Shown: positions 47,398-57,255 of the stretch, in pieces
Layout: every line of letters begins with the position of its first letter
Numbering within the stretch: the stretch's first letter is position 1
Source of the DNA: an uncultured virus (IMG/VR IMGVR_UViG_3300030000_000004)
Lineage: Duplodnaviria > Heunggongvirae > Uroviricota > Caudoviricetes
Direction: 5' to 3' (one strand)
Length of the DNA: 64,000 nucleotides
IMG/VR virus record: IMGVR_UViG_3300030000_000004
Notes under the pieces: generated by a model
Databases searched by the model: none
What the model saw: only the letters and a program-made list of their open reading frames with translations
What the model was told of the DNA's origin: nothing
Made by a program: the position numbers and the translations under genes

Positions 47398-48108
47398 TTA
47401 ATTTAGTCGGGTTACAATAAAATCTACTTGTACTTTCCCATAACTGACACTGTTATCCCTACAATATTTAGCAAGATTTGTTACAGTAGTTGATTCTCCT
47501 GTTAGTCTGTGTGTTAACGTAAAGGTTTTTGAATTTTTATCAGCTATTTTCTGTCTTTCGTTATTATTTGCCCATCTCTTAGCACTTGATATTTTCATTT
47601 TTTCGATTATTTCCGGTGCTGACATTGATGCTTTGACAGTTGAAGATATTTTTGATTTTGTCTCTTCTGAATGCATTAGGGTATTATTATCAATCTTTGT
47701 TTGAAGACGTCTAGCTTTCATCGATGGATCTTTGTTCATCATTGTTAAGTGGTCTGCAAGTTTTTGTCTATGTAATTCAGATTTGGGTACCGATAGCATC
47801 TTTACGAAACGTGTTCTAAATGTTTCATATGTCCTCGATGATGGAATATATCTCTGCTGTTTATCATTTTTACTGAATAGCATTCTATGTAATGCCCACA
47901 ACATTTTCCTCTGATTATCACCCACTAACATTCTTACCAAAAGCAAATGACAAATAAAATGTTCTCTCATTGTTAAATAGACAGTTTCAGTACCACCCAT
48001 GCTTTTGGGTATTATGTGATGTTTTTCAGCTAAGCAAGGTTTATTTCTAATTTTTGCTCGCTCAATTATATTAAAATAATATTTTGTGTATTTTGATTCA
48101 TTAAACAT
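47398..48108 (-). mobile_element. Inverted HNH homing endonuclease
   Basis: EKHHIIPKSMGG...LT.REHFICHLLL; HSEETKSKIS; AAGGA RBS; minus-strand CATAAATA at 48138-48145. Confidence 0.82.
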
Positions 48109-48159
48109 TTTTATTTCCTTTACAATCAACCTTATCTTATTTATGGAGATTTTTTAAAA

Positions 48160-48678
48160 ATGGATATACTTCCAGACTATGGCCGGACTTACATAATAAG
48201 TTCTCTCACATCACCAATCGTTGTAAAACATAATTGGATGTTTGATGCACCCATGACAGACTTTACACTTCAACCTATTCAATATCTTGAAGAAACTACT
48301 GGTGCAGCATTAAAAGTTCGCATCAACAACTATGAATTTTGGATTCCTTCAACATGGAGCATTCTAGTAACTGAACGTGAAACGTATCAGATTGATACAG
48401 TACCAATTCAATCCTGTGCAACCACTCAACATCTAGCTTTTAGCTTTTCACCTAGTGAAATGAAGCTTAGAACTCTTGACATTATGGTAATTGATTATGT
48501 TGAAAAGATGTCACTTGTACATCCAATGATCAATAAAGGAACAGCTTTGGTTCATCCTGTTGGTCCTGCTCCTATCGTATCAATGACAACTCCTAACCTG
48601 CTTTCAGTAGTTATAGGGCCACATGATCTGCATAAACATCTGAATGGAAAAGTTATCGGAGACATCTTCTCTTGGTAA
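48160..48678 (+). CDS. Hypothetical protein
   Basis: GGAG RBS; DF.L.PI.YLEE motif. Confidence 0.65.
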   Translation: MDILPDYGRTYIISSLTSPIVVKHNWMFDAPMTDFTLQPIQYLEETTGAALKVRINNYEFWIPSTWSILVTERETYQIDTVPIQSCATTQHLAFSFSPSEMKLRTLDIMVIDYVEKMSLVHPMINKGTALVHPVGPAPIVSMTTPNLLSVVIGPHDLHKHLNGKVIGDIFSW

Positions 48679-48741
48679 ACCTGGTTTCTGTGTAATAACC
48701 GGTTAGGGAATAAATAATCTATCTTAACGAGGTAGATTATT

Positions 48742-49323
48742 ATGACTGATTTTAGTAAAGAATATACAGACGCATTCAACCACTTAATGCTAGATGAAGT
48801 GGGTCCATTATGGAATCCTAAAGATCCAGATGTTATCGCAGGTTCAATTACAACCCCTGAACAAAAGAAGAAGGTGGGGTATGTAAATATAAAGCAAGAT
48901 ACTGGTGGTGAGACTAAATTCGGTGTAGCAAAAAATGCTAATCCTGATTTGGATATAACCAATCTGACAATGGAACAGGCCATGCAGGTTTACTTTGACA
49001 GATATTGGATTCCTGGTAAGTGTGATAAATTAAGTGCTGCTGTTTCGGCAATTCATTTTGATGGTTGTGTTAACCACGGTGTTGGAAGAGCTAACAAGTT
49101 TCTTCAAACATCAGTTGGTGTAACCGCTGATGGAAGTATCGGACCAGTAACATTAAATACTATATCTATAAAAAATCAGAAAGAGATAGTTGAAGCAATA
49201 TCAGCATTGAGATTAAAATTCTACAATGATATTGTTGCAAATAAACCATCCCAAAAAGTGTTTTTGAAAGGATGGACAAATAGGATTAACAACATTACAT
49301 CCTACGCGTTATCTAAAATTTAA
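48742..49323 (+). CDS. Endolysin, glycoside hydrolase family 108 with peptidoglycan-binding tail
   Basis: GYVN...D.GGETKFGV, Y...YW, FD..VN.G...A..LQ, DG.IGP.TL, FLKGW.NR; AATAAATA at 48709. Confidence 0.88.
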   Translation: MTDFSKEYTDAFNHLMLDEVGPLWNPKDPDVIAGSITTPEQKKKVGYVNIKQDTGGETKFGVAKNANPDLDITNLTMEQAMQVYFDRYWIPGKCDKLSAAVSAIHFDGCVNHGVGRANKFLQTSVGVTADGSIGPVTLNTISIKNQKEIVEAISALRLKFYNDIVANKPSQKVFLKGWTNRINNITSYALSKI

Positions 49324-49413
49324 ACCTTCTAGAAAATAGAGTACTCTTAAAATCGTGTTAACGATGCGGGTTTTCTATACTCTGGAAATTGACAAACTAT
49401 AACAGAGGTAATT

Positions 49414-51636
49414 ATGACAGAGAAAATAATAAATGGTAGTTCAATGATGGCAGAATCAAAGTTCTATATGGGATATTCCCGATGGGATGAAGTAAAAGGT
49501 GGTTATGAAACTTGGGAAGAAGCGGTTTCCCGTGTTATGGCGATGCACAGACAGAAATATGCTGCAGTTATGAGTCCTGCACTTGATGAAGCAATGTTGT
49601 TTGCTGAAGAAGCATATAAGGAAAAATTGGTTTTGGGTGCACAACGTGCTCTTCAATTCGGTGGTGAACAGATTTTCAAGCATGAAAGTAGAATGTATAA
49701 CTGTTCCGTTTCTTATGCAGATCGTCCAGCATTCTTTAATGAATGTATGTATTTGATGTTGTCAGGAGTTGGAGTTGGTTTTTCTGTTGGTAAGAAGTAC
49801 ATTACCAAGTTGCCAACCATTGCTAGACGTTCTCAAAAGAAAGCAAAAGTGTTCCAAATTCCAGATTCAATTGAAGGTTGGTCAGATGCATTTGCCGTAT
49901 TGTTGAGTTCATATTTCACTGAAGGTGCTACTCATCCAGAATATCGTGGTGCACAAATACGATTTGACTTCACTAAAATTCGTCCAGAAGGATCAAAGAT
50001 TTCTGGTGGATTTAAAGCACCTGGTCCAGATGGTCTCCGTAAAGCATTAGTCAAATGTGAAGATTTGTTGGAAACGCTTCTTGATGATGCCCCAATCATG
50101 AAGATTAACTCAATCACAGCATACGACTTCGTAATGCACATGAGTGATGCAGTTCTATCTGGTGGTGTTAGACGTTCAGCAACAATTTGTATCTTTGACA
50201 AAGATGACAAAGACATGCTCAATGCTAAAACTGGAAATTGGAGAGTGACTCAGCCTCAACGTGGTCGTTCAAATAACTCTGCACTTATTATCCGTGATGA
50301 CATCACACGTGAAGAATGGGCTGCAATCATGAAGACGGTTAAGGATTCTGGCGAGCCAGGATTTATCTTCTCTGACTCAGATGAGTTCATGTTTAATCCA
50401 TGTGTTGAAGTTGGAATGTTGCCTAAGACAGAAGATGGTGAATCTGGATTCCAATTTTGTAACTTGACAGAAACAAATGGTGGTAAATGTTCAACTCGCG
50501 AAATCTTTTTGAGAGCTTGCCGAGCTTCAGCTATCTTGGGAACAATCCAAGCTGGTTACACAAACTTCAAATACCTTACACCAGCAACCAAGAAAATTAC
50601 TGAACGTGAATCTTTGATTGGATGTTCTATTACTGGTTGGATGAATAACCCAGACGTTCTATTCAATAAACAGAATATGATTGATGGTGCTACACTTATC
50701 AAACAAGTCAATAGAGAAATTGCTGCATTGATCGGTATCAACCCTGCTGCTAGAACAACAGTTGTTAAACCTTCTGGTAATGCTTCTACTTTGTTAGAAA
50801 CTGCTTCTGGTATTCACGGTCAACATGCTAAGCGTTATGTTCGCCACGTGACGATGAACATTAATGATGAAGTTGCTCAACACTTTATGAGAATCAATCC
50901 TAAAATGGTTGAAAAATCTGTATGGAGTTCAAATGGTACAGACGTTTTAGTAGCATTCCCTATTGAAACTATCCCTGGTTCAATTTATGGTAAGGATTTG
51001 TTGGGTGTTAAACAGTTAGAATTTGTTAAACTTGCTCAACAATACTGGATTGAATACGGCACTGATGTTGATCTTTGCGTAGATAAGAGACTTCGTCACA
51101 ACGTAAGTAACACAATCACCGTTGATGATTGGGATGAAGTTGAACAGTACCTATTTGACAATCGTAAATTCTTCGCAGGTGTTTCCTTGATGCCATTCTC
51201 CGGTGATAAAGCTTATGCTCAAGCACCATTTACCGAAGTATTAACCTATGAAGAAATTGTTGAAAAACATGGTGAAGGTTCATTGTTTGCTTCTGGTCTT
51301 ATTGTTGAAGCATTACGTGCATTCAATGAAAACCTCTGGTTGGCATGTGACACACTCAATGGTACAGGTTTGAAATTAAGCGAAGAATCAGAAGACTTGT
51401 TGAAGCGAGATTGGATCCGTAGAGCAACGAAATTCACAAAGAACTTCTTTGGTGGTGATCATGATAAGATGACAGCTTGTGTAAAGGACTGTTACAATCT
51501 CCACAAATGGGCAAACATCAAACGCACCATGAAGCCAATTGACTTTTCAACTGAACTTCAAGCTCAACAATACGTTGATGTAGATACAATGGCAGCAGCC
51601 GGTTGTGCAGGTGGAGTTTGTGAATTAGTGTTCTAA
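49414..51636 (+). CDS. nrdJ: Ribonucleotide reductase, monomeric class II (B12-dependent) type
   Basis: MYNC, LSGGVRRSA, NPCVE, QFCNLTE, VKPSGN, HNVSNT, C-terminal CAGGVCE; no small-subunit gene adjacent. Confidence 0.8.
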   Translation: MTEKIINGSSMMAESKFYMGYSRWDEVKGGYETWEEAVSRVMAMHRQKYAAVMSPALDEAMLFAEEAYKEKLVLGAQRALQFGGEQIFKHESRMYNCSVSYADRPAFFNECMYLMLSGVGVGFSVGKKYITKLPTIARRSQKKAKVFQIPDSIEGWSDAFAVLLSSYFTEGATHPEYRGAQIRFDFTKIRPEGSKISGGFKAPGPDGLRKALVKCEDLLETLLDDAPIMKINSITAYDFVMHMSDAVLSGGVRRSATICIFDKDDKDMLNAKTGNWRVTQPQRGRSNNSALIIRDDITREEWAAIMKTVKDSGEPGFIFSDSDEFMFNPCVEVGMLPKTEDGESGFQFCNLTETNGGKCSTREIFLRACRASAILGTIQAGYTNFKYLTPATKKITERESLIGCSITGWMNNPDVLFNKQNMIDGATLIKQVNREIAALIGINPAARTTVVKPSGNASTLLETASGIHGQHAKRYVRHVTMNINDEVAQHFMRINPKMVEKSVWSSNGTDVLVAFPIETIPGSIYGKDLLGVKQLEFVKLAQQYWIEYGTDVDLCVDKRLRHNVSNTITVDDWDEVEQYLFDNRKFFAGVSLMPFSGDKAYAQAPFTEVLTYEEIVEKHGEGSLFASGLIVEALRAFNENLWLACDTLNGTGLKLSEESEDLLKRDWIRRATKFTKNFFGGDHDKMTACVKDCYNLHKWANIKRTMKPIDFSTELQAQQYVDVDTMAAAGCAGGVCELVF

Positions 51637-51678
51637 TCACATAAATAGACATACCAAAACTTTACAAAGGAAAATGGT

Positions 51679-51888
51679 ATGTCTATTACAACTGAAATCG
51701 TAACCGCTGAATTATCTGGTAAAAAGTGGTATCTGTCTAAGACTATTTGGGCAAATATATTAGCTACTGCAGCAGTAGGAATCCAACTCAAATTTGGTTT
51801 CTTTATACCTGCTGAATTTCAATTGATTATCTTATCTGCAGTAAATGCAGTATTAAGAAAAATATCAAAAGAAGAAATAGTCTGGTAA
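51679..51888 (+). CDS. Holin-like small membrane protein
   Basis: KKWYLSKTIW.N + two hydrophobic segments + N..LR; CATAAATA at 51640. Confidence 0.5.
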   Translation: MSITTEIVTAELSGKKWYLSKTIWANILATAAVGIQLKFGFFIPAEFQLIILSAVNAVLRKISKEEIVW

Positions 51889-51905
51889 TCAAATGTCGTT
51901 CTAAT

Positions 51906-51936
51906 ATTTCGGGTACTAATTTTTAGTACCCGAAAT
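51906..51936. terminator. Terminator-like perfect hairpin
   Basis: atttcgggtactaa-ttt-ttagtacccgaaat. Confidence 0.75.
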
Positions 51937-51945
51937 TGTTTCTGC

Positions 51946-51953
51946 TATAAATA
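51946..51953 (+). promoter_or_regulatory. T4-type late promoter
   Basis: TATAAATA upstream of the membrane-protein ORF. Confidence 0.7.
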
Positions 51954-52030
51954 AATTCATAAAATAACTAAGAGGGCAAATGACTTCTCCCATTAAAAGT
52001 CAGTAGAGTAATTACAGTGGGCAGCAGTTT

Positions 52031-52402
52031 ATGAACAGCATGATTGAAATTTTCGGTTACCAAATTAATGCATATGCAGTATCAATTCTAATTTTTATTG
52101 GTGCGCTGGTCATTGCCATTTTTAGGGGACAGAAGAATAACACGTTACAGTGGTCAGACATGATCACGAGAGATGGTACAAAAGTTTCAACTACTAAACT
52201 TCTTCAATTACTTGGTGGTGTTGTTGGTACCTGGGTTATTATCAAACTTACACTCACAAAAGAATTATCAACTGAAATCTTTGCCATCTACTTGACCTAC
52301 GTAGCATCAATTGATGGATATTCAAAGTTCATAATGGCAAAATATGGTGCATCAGGTTCAGATGATTCAGCTGTTCCATTCAAGAAAGCAGAAGACAAAT
52401 AA
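52031..52402 (+). CDS. Membrane protein, possible holin
   Basis: Three hydrophobic segments; late promoter. Confidence 0.5.
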   Translation: MNSMIEIFGYQINAYAVSILIFIGALVIAIFRGQKNNTLQWSDMITRDGTKVSTTKLLQLLGGVVGTWVIIKLTLTKELSTEIFAIYLTYVASIDGYSKFIMAKYGASGSDDSAVPFKKAEDK

Positions 52403-52454
52403 AGTTTTATAAAATACCTTTTTAAGTTAAAATTATATCTTTAAAGAAAGAGAT

Positions 52455-52910
52455 ATGATGAAAAAAGGTACATACGTTGGTCTTCGGGTTTTGGGTGATT
52501 CTACTGATAATATTTATCAACACTGCATTGATAATAACATCCCTGTCAAAAAGCAAATGTTTGAACAGCGTCTACACACCACGCTGATTTATAGTCGAGT
52601 TCATTGTCCAAAACTGTTTGCATATCCTGGTATTATTTACCGTTGCGAATTTAAAGGGTATGAATTGTTCTCAGGTGATCATGGAGATACCGTATTGGTT
52701 GCTCTACTAAATGCTCCTGATGTTGTCAAGCGTCACAACACTTTGATGGCTGAACACCCAGCAACATACGACTATCCGGTTTACAACCCACATATCACTC
52801 TTTCGTATAACTTTGAAGGCGATATTGCTTCTTTACCACCAATCGATTTTACGATTTTCCTCGGTAAAGAATATGTTGAAGAAATTAAACTTGATTGGGA
52901 GCAAGAATGA
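52455..52910 (+). CDS. acb1: 2H phosphoesterase, Acb1 / T4 gp57B-like anti-CBASS nuclease
   Basis: GTYV, LHTTLIYSRV, RH......ATYDY..YNPHITLSYN, EY.EE.KLDW mirror the T4 gp57B motif order. Confidence 0.8.
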   Translation: MMKKGTYVGLRVLGDSTDNIYQHCIDNNIPVKKQMFEQRLHTTLIYSRVHCPKLFAYPGIIYRCEFKGYELFSGDHGDTVLVALLNAPDVVKRHNTLMAEHPATYDYPVYNPHITLSYNFEGDIASLPPIDFTIFLGKEYVEEIKLDWEQE

Positions 52911-53674
52911 ACAAAGATAGCATTGGCGATACATTAAAAGCAGTTGAGCAGCTTGAAGCTGGGCGGAAGGCTGATCCATTTAAACCATTAATGGCTCGTT
53001 TGGATGGCAGAAGCTTCCACACATTTACACGTGGACTTGCTCGTCCTTACGATATCAGAATGAGTCAACTCATGTTTGACACTACTAAATTTTTGATAGA
53101 ACAAACTCATGCGAAACTTGGGTATACTCAGTCAGATGAAATTTCTCTGTATTGGAACAATACCCCAGAAAACATTGACTCAACTTACATGTTTGATGGT
53201 AAGTATCAAAAGTTGTGTTCAGTATTAAGCGGATTGGCTTCAGCATTTTTCTCAAAGTATCTCGCATCATATATTGAAGAAAAAGCAAATGAAATTGCAG
53301 TATTTGATTGTCGAGTTTGGAATGTTGATACTATCCAAGATGTACATGCCAATTTTCTATGGAGGCAAGGCGATGCCATAAAAAATAGTATCTCGATGGC
53401 AGCTCAAGCACATTTTTCTCACACAGCACTTCAAGGTGTTGGTTCTGAAGCTAAAAAGAAAATGCTTAGAGAAGCCGGAAATCCATGGGAATTGCAACCA
53501 GGATTTTTTAGACACGGAACATTTCTTAAGCGATCTACAAAAATGGTTGATCTTACAATGGAACAAGCATTGAAGATTCCAGAAAAATTTAGACCGACTG
53601 GACCAGTCGAACGTTCAGTTGTTGAAACTGTGGATTATGGTTATATCTCAAAAGAGATGCATTTATTTTCATAA
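52907..53674 (+). CDS. thg1: Thg1-like tRNA(His) guanylyltransferase / 3'-5' polymerase
   Basis: RLDGRSFH.FT, PYD, GYTQSDEISL, FDG..QK..S, FDCRV, WRQ.DA.KNSI. Confidence 0.92.
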   Translation: MNKDSIGDTLKAVEQLEAGRKADPFKPLMARLDGRSFHTFTRGLARPYDIRMSQLMFDTTKFLIEQTHAKLGYTQSDEISLYWNNTPENIDSTYMFDGKYQKLCSVLSGLASAFFSKYLASYIEEKANEIAVFDCRVWNVDTIQDVHANFLWRQGDAIKNSISMAAQAHFSHTALQGVGSEAKKKMLREAGNPWELQPGFFRHGTFLKRSTKMVDLTMEQALKIPEKFRPTGPVERSVVETVDYGYISKEMHLFS

Positions 53675-53726
53675 CTGATTAATTGTGTGATATAATTAAT
53701 TTATCTAAAATGATGAAGGATTTCTG

Positions 53727-54047
53727 ATGAGCATTTATGAAGAACATTGGCATGAAGAACGTCAAGAGTATGTATCCGATCGTAAGGTCGGTAAACCACT
53801 TGGCCCTAATGCTCCTCACTACCCAAACAAGGCTGAACGAGTTCTGTTAACCCAGATGATGCAGAAGTCTGGAATGACTGAAGAACAAATTCGTGCAGTG
53901 AAAGAGAATCGCATTGCACTTGCTAATGCTAGTAAATCTACCACCTCTCCTCGAGGTGACGAAGATTTTCGATATAAGCTTCGAGTAAAGCGTTCACGTC
54001 GGGCAACTGCAAAAAGATTGGCATGTGAAGTTTGGGAGTTGAAATGA
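53727..54047 (+). CDS. Hypothetical basic protein
   Basis: After TGATATAAT (53688); AAGGA RBS. Confidence 0.6.
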   Translation: MSIYEEHWHEERQEYVSDRKVGKPLGPNAPHYPNKAERVLLTQMMQKSGMTEEQIRAVKENRIALANASKSTTSPRGDEDFRYKLRVKRSRRATAKRLACEVWELK

Positions 54048-54268
54048 ACAATGATCTGATTAGGGCTATTGATCTTGATGCATGGGCGACTAGAGACAAA
54101 CGTCCAGAAGGACTCACCGAAAATCATTGGCTCATTCTAACAACTATCAGACATTGCACGTTGATTGGATTGGATGTAGTGAGTGAAGCTGTCGATAATG
54201 ATGAACTGAATAAAGCACAAGGTGCTCTGGCAGTCACCGAAAAAATAATCAGAAAGTTTGAGCTTTAA
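54044..54268 (+). CDS. Hypothetical protein
   Basis: GGAG RBS, ATGA overlap. Confidence 0.55.
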   Translation: MNNDLIRAIDLDAWATRDKRPEGLTENHWLILTTIRHCTLIGLDVVSEAVDNDELNKAQGALAVTEKIIRKFEL

Positions 54269-54269
54269 T

Positions 54270-54401
54270 ATGCGTGAACATGATGTGCAATCAATTCTTA
54301 AATGGATAGGTTTTAAACCTGGAATGGTAGTCACCGAGCAAATGATCCGTGATGCTATAAAATATGCCTTTGATATGGGCTACACTGATGGAAGTCAATA
54401 A
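54270..54401 (+). CDS. Small hypothetical protein (43 aa; not in ORF track)
   Basis: MREHDVQ...GSQ fills the gap exactly; TAATG overlap with the next gene. Confidence 0.45.
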   Translation: MREHDVQSILKWIGFKPGMVVTEQMIRDAIKYAFDMGYTDGSQ

Positions 54402-54739
54402 TGACGTCAATTAAATTCACAACTACAGAACTCAATGGGTATGGGTTTGATTTGGAAGCAGATCGAGTTGTACGTTTCAATAAACACCCAGATGGAACAT
54501 ATTTGAATACTCGTGCAACATATTCAATTAACAAATTGCAATTCACACATTATGATTTGCGTCAATTGGCCCTCAAAGAACGTCCTCTTGGTCAAATCGT
54601 TGAAGAAAAGAAATTGACCAACAAACGTACCAAATGGATATTCATCCTAGCACTATTCGTTTTTGTTGCTTTTTCATCCACAACCTGCACAGTAAAAGTG
54701 AATGGTGATGTTGTCACAACGGAGTCAAACAATGACTGA
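54401..54739 (+). CDS. Hypothetical protein with C-terminal TM helix
   Basis: WIFILALFVFVAF segment. Confidence 0.55.
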   Translation: MTSIKFTTTELNGYGFDLEADRVVRFNKHPDGTYLNTRATYSINKLQFTHYDLRQLALKERPLGQIVEEKKLTNKRTKWIFILALFVFVAFSSTTCTVKVNGDVVTTESNND

Positions 54740-55007
54740 TTTACCCAAAATCAAAATTCATATTAAGAATCTTCAAAACCCAGATTGGAAACCTTCCTGG
54801 GTAAAAGATTCTTTTGGTAACAATCATCCCAGTAATGTTTCCAACATGGATGACTATTATACTTCTGCTGATGTAGAAGCAGAAGTATTAACAGTTCATT
54901 TCAATAAAGGAACTATGCGTGTGCGTTTCAAATGGAATAATACTGTTGATACACGAGACATTCCAAATGATGAATTTTTCAAACACTACAAAATTATCGA
55001 GATTTAA
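54732..55007 (+). CDS. Hypothetical protein
   Basis: GGAG RBS. Confidence 0.55.
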   Translation: MTDLPKIKIHIKNLQNPDWKPSWVKDSFGNNHPSNVSNMDDYYTSADVEAEVLTVHFNKGTMRVRFKWNNTVDTRDIPNDEFFKHYKIIEI

Positions 55008-55009
55008 TT

Positions 55010-55495
55010 ATGACGAAGACGATGTTTGGCATTATAAAATTTGTCGGTGATGAATATGACAATACAACAGAAGTTATTGCAGTAGCTTACACTCGTGAAG
55101 AAGCTGAAGAATTCAAAGTTTTGAAGGAACAAGAACTTGTTAAGAGTTTAGAAGCACAGAAGCTTGTTGGTGATTTCTGCGCGGAATGGGAAGCACAACA
55201 TACAAGTCCAGTCATTGACTACAGTGCAATCAACCTCGTGAACATTTATGCTCCAGAGAACATGAAGTTGAATCTGTCATATAATGCTGAACAATTGAAA
55301 GAGGTTAAGAAAGGAAATCTTGCAAAGATTCAAAAAGCACAACAACCACTTGTCGAATTTCATGAAGCTAAAAAGTTAGCTCTTGACGCTTTTAAGGTTA
55401 AAATTAATCCACCGGTGGATTATGAGTGGGCAAGCTACAGTACCACTTTTGATATTCAAGAAATTCCTGTCGTAATTAATGGAGAAATCGAATGA
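55010..55495 (+). CDS. Hypothetical protein
   Basis: ORF in operon. Confidence 0.6.
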   Translation: MTKTMFGIIKFVGDEYDNTTEVIAVAYTREEAEEFKVLKEQELVKSLEAQKLVGDFCAEWEAQHTSPVIDYSAINLVNIYAPENMKLNLSYNAEQLKEVKKGNLAKIQKAQQPLVEFHEAKKLALDAFKVKINPPVDYEWASYSTTFDIQEIPVVINGEIE

Positions 55496-55701
55496 CCCTT
55501 GATGAAATTGAACTGAAGTTCAAAGATGATGTTAACAAATTTGTCAACGAAGACATCTTGAGTGATGAACTCTTTGATGCACTGTATGACCACTATTCAA
55601 TGAGCGGTGAAATGCCTTATGGTGTTGCTAAAGCACGAGATGGTGATCCCTATGAATGGGTAGCAGAACGGTTTGAAAAAGACTCAAAGGATTTCGCATA
55701 A
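55492..55701 (+). CDS. Hypothetical acidic protein
   Basis: GEMPYGVAKARDGDPYEW motif; GGAG RBS. Confidence 0.65.
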   Translation: MTLDEIELKFKDDVNKFVNEDILSDELFDALYDHYSMSGEMPYGVAKARDGDPYEWVAERFEKDSKDFA

Positions 55702-55925
55702 TGGAAACACCAACTGTATTTAGCATCCTCGCAAACTTGGATGATTGGATTAACAAGAAAGAACAGATGATGGAAAAAGTATTTAATGTCCCATCTGTTG
55801 CTATTGCAAATCGAGACAACATTGACTTCACCGCCGCTCAGAAGCTTCTTGAAATTAATATCAAAGAATTGAAGATGGTGCGTGAAATGTTGTTGCAAGT
55901 TAAAAAAGGTGAGGGGACATTATGA
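55701..55925 (+). CDS. Hypothetical protein
   Basis: TAATG overlap. Confidence 0.55.
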   Translation: METPTVFSILANLDDWINKKEQMMEKVFNVPSVAIANRDNIDFTAAQKLLEINIKELKMVREMLLQVKKGEGTL

Positions 55926-56743
55926 CATTCAAACTTCTAGTTAGGACTGTTGATTCCAAATCATACGTTCATCAAGCCGCAATCCCACATATTGCAGAAC
56001 CCGAAAAAATGTTAGGCACTCAGACACAACTCATTAGTGAACAAGCACCAATGCATAGAGTAATTTATAAATTTGCTGATAGCGTTGCTAAATGTTTAGA
56101 AAAAGGCGAAAATCCAAAATTTTTCTATATCTATTGTCTTATATACAGAGGTGAAATTTTTTACGTTGGATATTCAGTTGACGTCAAAGAACGGGTTTAT
56201 TCACACAGTTATGATGCTAAAAAGACAAAATTACAAAGACCCTCAGCAGTAGGCACACAAGAATATATTAAGAATATTTTAAAAGATGGTGATGTTGAAA
56301 TAGAAGTCGTCATCCTTGAAGAGATATCAGCCCCTGAAGGATTTAAACGTGGTGATAAAACCCCAAAAAATGTCTTGGAGCTTGAACAATTTCATATTTC
56401 TGAATGTCGTAAATTGGGATATCCTTTAGTCAATAAAGATAAAACTGAGAAGGCCTCTAAGGTTAAAACTCCTAAAGAAATTGTTCCCAAGATTGAGAAG
56501 GTAAAGGCACTACAAGGCGAAGGTAAGGGCGGGTGGGCTGTACACCCTAATAATTATGGTACTGGTAAAATACTACGTTCTTATTTTGATGGTGTGTGGT
56601 GGACAGCTAAACATGATGATATTTTTGATGCCGTGAATACTTCACTTGCGAAAGGTGGGAAGAAAACTCTAATAGAAAATCCTAGACCGTTTTCATCTGG
56701 AACAGGACTTCGCGGTGGCGATAAGTATTGGACCAAAGAATAA
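55922..56743 (+). CDS. GIY-YIG nuclease-domain protein
   Basis: FYIYCL......FYVGYS.D...R...H ... LEQFHI......G.PLVN. Confidence 0.65.
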   Translation: MTFKLLVRTVDSKSYVHQAAIPHIAEPEKMLGTQTQLISEQAPMHRVIYKFADSVAKCLEKGENPKFFYIYCLIYRGEIFYVGYSVDVKERVYSHSYDAKKTKLQRPSAVGTQEYIKNILKDGDVEIEVVILEEISAPEGFKRGDKTPKNVLELEQFHISECRKLGYPLVNKDKTEKASKVKTPKEIVPKIEKVKALQGEGKGGWAVHPNNYGTGKILRSYFDGVWWTAKHDDIFDAVNTSLAKGGKKTLIENPRPFSSGTGLRGGDKYWTKE

Positions 56744-56744
56744 T

Positions 56745-57254
56745 ATGAAATTTGAATGTGATAAAGCGGAAGTAGAATTAAACATTTTAAGTTCTTACAC
56801 GACAACGACTGATAAAGTTGCTGCCGCATTTGGTCGTGCTGCTGAAAAACCAGCACTTAAAATTTTCAGCGATTTGACTGGAGTCGCTGTTAAAAAATTC
56901 AACTCACAATGGTTACCGGAACATTTTATATCTGTATTAGGGCAAAAATGTAAACATGATGGTCTCGGTTTTGATCCGGTGTCAGGAGAGTTTATTGGCC
57001 CAATTGAACACAAGTTAATAACTCATGGTGAAAAATTTAATAAAACAGAAGTGCAACTTTCAAATGAAGAATTAAAAATATTCAATTTCTGTAAGGAAAA
57101 AGAACTGTGTTATTTGTTGGTGCTCTCAATCCAATTAGGGTATGAATCTATGTCTTGTGATTATTTGGGATATCTTGATCTAACTCAACACCCAGATGTT
57201 ATCATCGGAAAAACAATTACCATTTCTAAAGCAAGACCTCATTTAATTGTGTAA
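56745..57254 (+). CDS. Hypothetical protein, possible PD-(D/E)xK nuclease
   Basis: FG..AE helix, then HDGL ... PIEHK. Confidence 0.4.
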   Translation: MKFECDKAEVELNILSSYTTTTDKVAAAFGRAAEKPALKIFSDLTGVAVKKFNSQWLPEHFISVLGQKCKHDGLGFDPVSGEFIGPIEHKLITHGEKFNKTEVQLSNEELKIFNFCKEKELCYLLVLSIQLGYESMSCDYLGYLDLTQHPDVIIGKTITISKARPHLIV

Positions 57255-57255
57255 T

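Noticed and set aside
49324..49413. Cobalamin riboswitch before nrdJ
   Set aside because: Only ~90 nt, and no B12-box-like sequence; just a short atcgt/acgat hairpin.
33625..51636. Introns or inteins in terminase, uvsX, uvsW or nrdJ
   Set aside because: Proteins are of normal length with contiguous motifs; the endonucleases are free-standing.
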